Shown here: in pieces, positions 26,232 to 32,000 of the stretch | How the letters are laid out: each line of letters starts with the position of its first letter | How positions within the stretch are numbered: the first letter of the stretch is position 1 | DNA from: Erysipelotrichaceae bacterium OH741_COT-311 | GTDB lineage: Bacteria; Bacillota_I; Bacilli_A; Erysipelotrichales; Erysipelotrichaceae | DNA length: 32,000 nucleotides | Assembly: GCA_003858585.1 (NCBI GenBank) | Contig: RQZE01000007.1 | Span: forward strand, 138,084 to 170,083 | Direction: 5' to 3' | Program-made: the position numbers and the translations under genes | The notes under the pieces: generated by a model | Told to the model about the DNA's origin: nothing | The model's input: only the letters and a program-made list of their open reading frames with translations | Databases searched by the model: none

Positions 26232-26649
26232 ATAGTTTCTTAAACACGATATTACGATAATAGTCTACTTGTTGTAGCATATGCTCAATATTACATTCGC
26301 CAGCAAAACGAGTGCAATCACAAAAGTTTTCACTACGAGAGATCCAAACCAATGGATTTACCTCTTCTTTTAATGATATCTCCGTATATAACTTTCCAAC
26401 AAATACTTCCAATTCTATGTTTGATATAAAATACTGAAAATTCATCAAGTGTGTAAGAATAATTTCTTCCTTTTTGATACCTGTTTCTTCAAATAATTCT
26501 CTATACGCCGCCTCTTGCAGTGTTTCATGTTCTTCGACTTTTCCACCTACAAAATTATACATACCTTTATAAGGATCTTTACTACGTTTACACATTAATA
26601 CTTTTGTTTCATCCGGATTATAGACAATAATTAGGTTTAGTTTTTTTAT
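26230..26649 (-). CDS. NUDIX hydrolase; probable non-ATG (ATA) start 18 codons upstream of the ORF-track ATG
   Basis: Nudix box GGKVEEHETLQEAAYRELFEETGI. The frame stays open upstream of the ATG at 26595 and encodes (I/M)KKLNLIIVYNPDETKVL, the expected first beta-strands. AGAAGGA lies 7 nt upstream of the ATA at 26647-26649, and there is no in-frame ATG, GTG or TTG in the extension. Confidence 0.7.
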   Translation of the reverse strand: MKKLNLIIVYNPDETKVLMCKRSKDPYKGMYNFVGGKVEEHETLQEAAYRELFEETGIKKEEIILTHLMNFQYFISNIELEVFVGKLYTEISLKEEVNPLVWISRSENFCDCTRFAGECNIEHMLQQVDYYRNIVFKKL

Positions 26650-26926
26650 TTGTATATCCTTCTGTTATATTTCCAATAGTTTTCATCATAAAATTACTTT
26701 ATACATCTAATATATAGCAATAATTTAGATAGATTTTATTTAATTTTAAATAAATTTTAAAAATTTTAATTTTTTTCCTTCAATTAGGTGGTTTCATTAT
26801 ATAATAGTCGCAAAATTTTAATGCCATGTAAAGAAAAACTGCATGCTGTTAAAAAAGGAGGAAATTATGAAAAATCAAAATAATTCAAACCATCTTACAC
26901 AAAACCATTTCTTTATCGACGCTTAT

Positions 26927-27901
26927 CTAATCTTTATATACCTTAGCTATTTCCTCTGCAATTTTCTCAATCACTGACACACATACTGAATTTCCTGCCT
27001 GTTTATATAACCTTGAATCACTTTGATTATTCGGTAACTTATAATTTAATGGAAATCCTTGCGCATTAAAGCACTCGCGTGGTGTCATTTTTCTGATTCC
27101 ATACTTTGTCTTAATTAAGCAAACATTGTGACCACCTTCACCTTGATTCGCCGTTAAAGTCGGCACAACCCCTGACTGGTTCTTTCTTACATATTTTCTT
27201 CTCCATTGATAAATAGCAGGATTCTTAGAATCATCACTCTTCATTGATTCTTCCAACGCATCATATATTTCACCTTTATATTTACCAGACGTGTAATAAT
27301 ACTTTTCATCTACCTTCGTGTTAAAATCTATGATATCCTTCACCGTATTAGTTAGCGGTATGGAAAGTGGCCAATGGAATTTTTTATAATCCTCATCATC
27401 TCTAAAAGCAACGATATATATTCGTTCTCTATTCTGAGCAATATTACCATAATCCATTGCATTCAAGACTTGATATGTATATTTGTAACCCAAAATATCT
27501 AATTGTTCAGATATCACACGAAATGTATTTCCTTTGTCATGTCCTACTAGGTTTTTGACATTTTCGAAAAACGCCACTCTCGGTCTCTTATCTTTAAGTA
27601 TCCTAGTTAATTCAAAAAATAATTCTCCACGTCCCTTTTCATCATCAAAACCTTTTCTATATCCTGCAATTGAAAAAGCCTGACATGGAAATCCGGCCAA
27701 CATAACGTCAAAATCCGGTATTTCACCACTTTTTACCTCATGTATATCTCGTACATCCACCTTTATACCATAATTGAGCTCAAATGTTTTTGCAGGATAT
27801 TCATCAAATTCATTGGCATAAATAGTTTTAAAATACTTTGTCATTTCAAAACCGTAATCTATACCTCCAACTCCTGCAAAAAAAGAAGCACATTTTAACA
27901 T
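26927..27901 (-). CDS. DNA (cytosine-5)-methyltransferase
   Basis: All the key C5-MTase motifs are present: I FAGVGG, IV GFPCQAFS, VI FENVKNL, VIII QNRERIYIV, the TRD-region sequence PTLTANQGEGGHNV and X AGNSVCVSV. The ATG at 27899-27901 (MLKCASFFAGVGG) follows AAAGGAGAG. The track start at 27952 is a TTG in the promoter. Confidence 0.9.
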   Translation of the reverse strand: MLKCASFFAGVGGIDYGFEMTKYFKTIYANEFDEYPAKTFELNYGIKVDVRDIHEVKSGEIPDFDVMLAGFPCQAFSIAGYRKGFDDEKGRGELFFELTRILKDKRPRVAFFENVKNLVGHDKGNTFRVISEQLDILGYKYTYQVLNAMDYGNIAQNRERIYIVAFRDDEDYKKFHWPLSIPLTNTVKDIIDFNTKVDEKYYYTSGKYKGEIYDALEESMKSDDSKNPAIYQWRRKYVRKNQSGVVPTLTANQGEGGHNVCLIKTKYGIRKMTPRECFNAQGFPLNYKLPNNQSDSRLYKQAGNSVCVSVIEKIAEEIAKVYKD

Positions 27902-27935
27902 CTTAATCTCTCCTTTACTCGAAAATACTTTATAA

Positions 27936-27984
27936 ATTATATCAAAAATCAAGAAGCGTCACATTCTTATTTTAAAAAATAAGA
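27936..27984 (-). promoter_or_regulatory. Extended -10 promoter of the methyltransferase gene, preceded by a 20-bp AT-rich palindrome
   Basis: The minus strand carries TGaTATAAT at 27936-27944. Upstream lies TCTTATTTT-AA-AAAATAAGA at 27965-27984, in the 98-nt gap after the 218-aa gene. Confidence 0.45.
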
Positions 27985-27999
27985 TGGAATACGCTACCT

Positions 28000-28656
28000 C
28001 TACTTCGGAGAAATATATCCTTTCGGCGGATTATTTTCATCTATCCATATAAACTCTAGATGAATATTATCAGAGCCTTTATACTTTGTAAACTTAAGTC
28101 TATTTATATTTAATTCCTTTAGTCTTTCTGACGTAAGTGGTTCATATTTATCTAACTGAAATACCCCTCTTAAAATCCATTCTCCTAAATATATTTGCTT
28201 TTCTGTTGATTCAATCGCCTTTCCATTATCTTGCGTTATATATGCAGGCAATATATCTCCTGAAGGTTCAAATACTAGACTAAACCGACGTTTCTCTTTT
28301 GAGAGTGATAATTTAGATGTTCCCTCTTGCATCTTACCATAATTTTTCCCGAAGAAATTTGGATGTTTCCTGTGAAATCGTGCAGAATTTGGGGTTGGAA
28401 TATACATTTCATCCATAGGTCTATATAAAATTTTATATATTTCAGTCATTAACTTCTCATTATTTGTTTCTTGAACAAGTCCAACTAAGTATTCTCGTAG
28501 TTTTACTTTTTCAAGCTTCTCAAATAACGTTGAAGATCCTTCAATAAGATACTTAATCATACCCTTTTTTATTTTAAGCAAAATATTCGAATCAATCACC
28601 GCTTCATAATCTGTATAAAGCTTATCAATTCTTTGTTTTCTTTGGTTTTTCCTCAT
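28000..28656 (-). CDS. Hypothetical basic protein (218 aa) translationally coupled to the upstream frameshifted gene
   Basis: ATGA start/stop overlap at 28653-28656. It is lysine/arginine-rich. I could identify no PD-(D/E)xK, HNH, GIY-YIG or PLD motif by eye, and no family is recognised. Confidence 0.6.
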   Translation of the reverse strand: MRKNQRKQRIDKLYTDYEAVIDSNILLKIKKGMIKYLIEGSSTLFEKLEKVKLREYLVGLVQETNNEKLMTEIYKILYRPMDEMYIPTPNSARFHRKHPNFFGKNYGKMQEGTSKLSLSKEKRRFSLVFEPSGDILPAYITQDNGKAIESTEKQIYLGEWILRGVFQLDKYEPLTSERLKELNINRLKFTKYKGSDNIHLEFIWIDENNPPKGYISPK

Positions 28657-29580
28657 CTTTGAACCAGTTCCAAAAAACTGTTGAAACCAGAATATAATTC
28701 TGTTTCTCCTTTTTTATTCCATATTGTCCAGCAGTAAGACTCTTCTACAGTGTTTTCCTCATCAATTTCTGGAGTTAAAAGATTATCATCACTTTCATCT
28801 TTCGGATAAACTGTATCAGCAATTCTTTCAAAAATTGCAAAAGCATCAGTAGCGTACTTAACATTCCATTCATCACAAACTATATCCTTATTGTTAAAGT
28901 TCATATACAATTGACTATCTGCTGAAGTATATTTATACGCATGGTTTCCATCTATAAAGAAAAGTTGGTTGGATTATTTTTCCCAGTACAACCTAAAATT
29001 GATATATTATCAATATCAATCTTGTCATAAGTAGTTTCACCTACATAAATCTTAGAATCATCACCCTTGCATGATGGCATTAACACATGATAAACCAAAT
29101 GAACATGGCTATCATCAATTTCTACCTTAAATCCCTTTATTTTAGCTTTAGATGACTCTATTCTGGCATTTCGAATCTTTGCTATTCTTCGTGCCAAAAT
29201 CATATATAAATTCTTATTCTTAGAATTTATAGTTTCCTCATCATCTCCCGTTACATTGTTTTTAATCTTCTCTATAATCCCTGACCATTCATCATTTTTT
29301 GCCTTAAACTGCGCAATTTTTTGATCTCCTGAAGCAAATCCAAAACTTTTAATTCCAACTAAATACTTCTCACTATTAGATTGTAACGAAGCGTCATAAG
29401 AAGTATTGCCAATATCTTCAGCATATGCATTAAACGCCTTAAGAAATGCTGTCTCTTGAAATTTTGAATTAGTAATGCAAAGCCCTCTTCTGATTTTGAT
29501 TTCTGTGCAAACATACTTGTTAAGCTTACAAATGCAAGAATGAGTCTTTTATACTCATTTTTTCTCTTTTTCCAATTCAT
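28653..29580 (-). pseudogene. One ~309-aa gene split over three reading frames (ORF-track fragments 29359-29580, 28952-29203, 28653-28910); either frameshifted or recoded
   Basis: The frame of the 83-aa ORF is open and protein-like for 115 codons upstream of its ATG, with no start codon (…QETAFLKAFNAYAEDIGNTSYDASLQSNSEKYLVGIKSFGFASGDQKIAQF…). The frame of the 85-aa ORF is open for 21 codons upstream of its start (…IDGNHAYKYTSADSQLY…). Both junctions need a -1 shift, at 29458-29464 and within 28955-28973. Confidence 0.6.
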
Positions 29581-29598
29581 CCCACATAAAAATTTTCC

Positions 29599-32000
29599 CT
29601 ATATAGTCACCAAAACATAATTTTTGCCATCATACTTAATATAATCAGAATCACGCAATTCAATTGGTATAGTTTTTCTTGAGAGACTATGCAGTACTAA
29701 AAACGAAAGGAACTGACTTTCGGACATGACTTCATAGCCAAACGATTTCATCACAGTTGCCACTACTTGAGGATACGATATTAAACCACTTACCTTCTTT
29801 ACAACAATTCCCTTTTGATATCTTCTATCTTTCATTACTGGATGAATAACATCCAAGTCCAAATAATACTTTCTTATAAGACTTTCTATTAAGAACTCGT
29901 TCCACTCAATATCCAACTTTGGAAAATCATCAAATTCAATGTCCATCAAAGGTAAAATTCCATTTGCCAATTTTCCAATAATAACATCATGAATCTCATT
30001 AACAACACTATCAGGAACTAACATTTGGTCTTTCCTAACATACGTTTCTATAGAAATCCTTGCATAGTCATCTTCTATTTCTGGCAACGTTGCGCTCGCT
30101 GTAACTCTAGCCCATTTCACCTGTTCACACATATCATTATATTCATCATATGTAAAGCGTTCCGGATTGCCCAAAAGATAAAGAACTACATTTTTAGTTG
30201 ATAAAATATCAAACATCCCTTTTTTGCATATATGAGGTCTTCTAAAATCCATATCTTCTGAAAACATCTTTGAAATAATATAATAAAGATTCATTTCATT
30301 TTTAATTTTATTTCTTGACAAGAAGTCCGAATTAAGTATTTTTACTTTTTCAAAAAGTAAAGCGTCACTTGTATACCCTCCATTTTGTTGCAACAATTCA
30401 ACAACATAATTATACATTTCAAGAGTATCTTGTTTTGTAATATTTTGAATTCCTGTACAAGTATAATAGTTATAATCCCATTGCATTAATCTTTTATCAT
30501 TAGTAAATGGTATCATAAGCATAACATTACTAAATCCTCTGAACTCTTGTAGCAGTTCTATTTTACTAACTGGTCTTCCTACGCTAATAATAAAATCATA
30601 TATACGATCAGAAATACTCTCCGTTTGATTTGCAGAAACACCATTCTTAAGAAAATAATCTTTATAGTATTCATATTCCTTTGGATAATACATAGATAAA
30701 ATCCCATGCAAATAGTTATAATTATCAATTCCATAAAGAGCATTCAAAACTCCTTCATATTCAGCAAATACTTCACTATAATAGACTCGATTAGTTTGTT
30801 TTTTATCAATATAATCTTTGATTTCCTGAAGTTGAGACTCATCAACTGTAACATATTCCTGAGCAATATATATACCCCTACCTCTCAAAATCAATCCACT
30901 TCTTATCAATGCGGAACTTAGCGCCCTATCACTAGATGGAACTAACAAATCCTGAAATCTCTCTTCTATAATACTTCGAAGTTTTTTCAAATCCTCAGAC
31001 TGTTCTGAATCATTCTGTGAAAGCTTAATACCATCTGGAAACTCCTTTTTTACAATATACATACATACGTTTGCATAATTAGATTTACCTTTAAATACGA
31101 AACTTCCAAAGATATGATACTTATTCTTTTTTAGTAATCGGATAATCGCATTTATTTCAATGAAATCTAATTTATTATCTTCTAAAATAGAATCTAGTCT
31201 TTCTTTATTCTCGTATAAGTCTGCCCCATCACCAATGACATCTGTGATTTCTAAAACTAATTTCGCTTCAAGAGAATAGTCATTTTGCTTTTCAACAATT
31301 ATTTCTGCAAAATCTAAATATTCAAATTTTTCAAAGGATTTACATGCATATACTAATACCTGATCGTATTCATCGACATCATATACATCCAATATATCTT
31401 GTATTGATACATAGTTGTTAGAACCTTTTAATATGTAGAATAGTTCTCTAACAAATGGCATTATACTTCTAGCATATTTACTTTCAAGTTGTCTAACACG
31501 CTCTCTTGTTATCGGATCCTCATGTTCACGTGGATTATCCGCAATTTCCTGTAATGTTTCTCCCTTTGCCCTTCGCAAAAAGACATCAAAATATCTACTT
31601 TCACAATTTGAATTCAGTACATACTCAAGTAATGCTATAATATCTTTTTCTAATAATCCAGCTACAGCAGACAATTTATCAATATATCGTCTCCCCAACA
31701 TTACTTCAAATTTTCTTTTAGGAAGAAATCTTAACTTTCCGCAACATTGTATATTGTTTTTTTTCAACCTCGCAACAAGTTTGCTAGATAATCCTAATAC
31801 TTCCAAAGCTTCTATTCGCAGATAATCTAAATCAACAGACATATTCTCAAACATATATTTGGGCTCAAAATCTATCGTGCTACACTTTGTTTTTTTATAT
31901 ATAGGCATTCCTCCTGCACGTATTCTTTCCATTACTTCTTCATTCTCTTTTACAGTTTTGAACCCCACATTCCTTAAGTCTGACAAACTGTTTTCTGCAA
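29599..32000 (-). CDS. Large protein (more than 795 aa, 5' end off-window) with an RpoA-alphaCTD-like helix-hairpin-helix and a sigma-70 region-4-like HTH; function unknown
   Basis: The track start at 31986 is a TTG, and the frame remains open to base 32000 (…AENS-LSDLRN…). HhH-like segment: EALEVLGLSSKLVARLKKNNIQCCGKL (31729-31815). Sigma-r4-like segment: FLRRAKGETLQEIADNPREHEDPITRERVRQLESKYARSI (31459-31611). The remaining ~600 aa have no motif I recognise. Confidence 0.7.
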   Translation of the reverse strand, partial: AENSLSDLRNVGFKTVKENEEVMERIRAGGMPIYKKTKCSTIDFEPKYMFENMSVDLDYLRIEALEVLGLSSKLVARLKKNNIQCCGKLRFLPKRKFEVMLGRRYIDKLSAVAGLLEKDIIALLEYVLNSNCESRYFDVFLRRAKGETLQEIADNPREHEDPITRERVRQLESKYARSIMPFVRELFYILKGSNNYVSIQDILDVYDVDEYDQVLVYACKSFEKFEYLDFAEIIVEKQNDYSLEAKLVLEITDVIGDGADLYENKERLDSILEDNKLDFIEINAIIRLLKKNKYHIFGSFVFKGKSNYANVCMYIVKKEFPDGIKLSQNDSEQSEDLKKLRSIIEERFQDLLVPSSDRALSSALIRSGLILRGRGIYIAQEYVTVDESQLQEIKDYIDKKQTNRVYYSEVFAEYEGVLNALYGIDNYNYLHGILSMYYPKEYEYYKDYFLKNGVSANQTESISDRIYDFIISVGRPVSKIELLQEFRGFSNVMLMIPFTNDKRLMQWDYNYYTCTGIQNITKQDTLEMYNYVVELLQQNGGYTSDALLFEKVKILNSDFLSRNKIKNEMNLYYIISKMFSEDMDFRRPHICKKGMFDILSTKNVVLYLLGNPERFTYDEYNDMCEQVKWARVTASATLPEIEDDYARISIETYVRKDQMLVPDSVVNEIHDVIIGKLANGILPLMDIEFDDFPKLDIEWNEFLIESLIRKYYLDLDVIHPVMKDRRYQKGIVVKKVSGLISYPQVVATVMKSFGYEVMSESQFLSFLVLHSLSRKTIPIELRDSDYIKYDGKNYVLVTI

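Larger units (their letters stand above)
26650..32000. other. AT-rich accessory island (right end off-window) carrying the methyltransferase-associated four-gene module
   Basis: There is an abrupt change from housekeeping-type genes to orphan genes. The DNA is visibly lower in G+C; single 60-nt lines counted by hand gave 12/60 at 30241 versus 26/60 at 18421, which is illustrative only. An A/T-tract-rich junction lies at 26650-26926. No integrase or transposase is visible in the window. Confidence 0.6.

Noticed and set aside
26700-26800. Repetitive AATTTTA / TAAATTTTAAA tracts, considered as a possible CRISPR array, att site or iteron
   Set aside because: The units are short, irregular A/T-tract repeats with no constant repeat-spacer periodicity. 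This is more consistent with curved AT-rich promoter or junction DNA. No second copy was found in the window to pair as an att repeat.
27965-27984. 20-bp palindrome as a controller-protein operator
   Set aside because: No C-protein (small HTH) gene is present in the module, and a pure A/T palindrome can arise by chance in this composition. It is kept only as a low-confidence regulatory note.
29359-29580. 73-aa ORF as a stand-alone small membrane-like protein
   Set aside because: Only its first ~40 codons look like real coding sequence. The rest (…KRQHFLRRLMHMLKILAILLMTLRYNLIVRSI) is the out-of-frame reading of a region whose -1 frame is clearly protein-coding.
29555-29587. Alternative start ATG at 29585-29587 (MWDELEKEKK-stop) with a possible +1 shift at AAA AAA TGA
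   Set aside because: It has the better SD-like AGGGA, but it would need a third recoding event. The in-frame ATG at 29580 makes that unnecessary. It is left as start-site ambiguity only.
30706-30921. 71-aa plus-strand ORF inside the >795-aa gene
   Set aside because: It is an antisense, Ile/Asn/Phe-rich shadow ORF.
31030-31060. P-loop-like FKGKS in the >795-aa protein (FGSFVFKGKSNY)
   Set aside because: The spacing is G-x5-GKS, not the Walker A G-x4-GK[ST], and no Walker B or other NTPase motifs follow.
26650-32000. Calling the island a prophage, ICE or transposon
   Set aside because: No integrase, transposase, terminal inverted repeats or flanking direct repeats are visible in the window, and the right border is off-window. 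It is therefore labelled only as an accessory island.

Overview
This window looks like chromosomal DNA from a low-GC Bacillota (Firmicutes) genome, and almost every gene is on the minus strand. All calls come from reading the sequence and the ORF translations; no database search was possible.

Bases 1-26.6 kb are mostly housekeeping or metabolic:
- The 3' part of a PuuR-like-regulator/potA/potB polyamine-uptake operon. PotA is unusually long because of a tandem Ig-like insertion.
- trxA, nagB plus an aldose-1-epimerase-family gene, and metK preceded by an S-box (SAM-I-like) riboswitch with its terminator.
- mscL.
- A nine-gene operon syntenic in content with the uncharacterised E. coli yhfZ-yhfS/php cluster, plus one extra amidase-signature-like gene.
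- A translationally coupled pgl-gnd-zwf oxidative pentose-phosphate operon.
- A TetR-controlled pair of membrane proteins.
- A 737-aa cell-surface protein, then DJ-1/PfpI, CPBP protease and NUDIX genes.

From about 26.65 kb to the window end the DNA becomes visibly more AT-rich. This stretch carries a tightly packed co-directional module:
- A protein of more than 795 aa (5' end off-window) with an RpoA-alphaCTD-like helix-hairpin-helix and a sigma-70-region-4-like HTH.
- A roughly 309-aa gene that is readable only through two -1 frame changes. The first change sits on an in-phase A_AAT_TTC heptamer.
- A 218-aa protein with no recognisable motif.
- A complete C5 cytosine methyltransferase with its own extended -10 promoter.

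I rate this module the best candidate for an undescribed methylation-associated (defence-like) system. The yhf-like orphan catabolic operon is second. No rRNA, tRNA, CRISPR array, transposase or integrase was seen.
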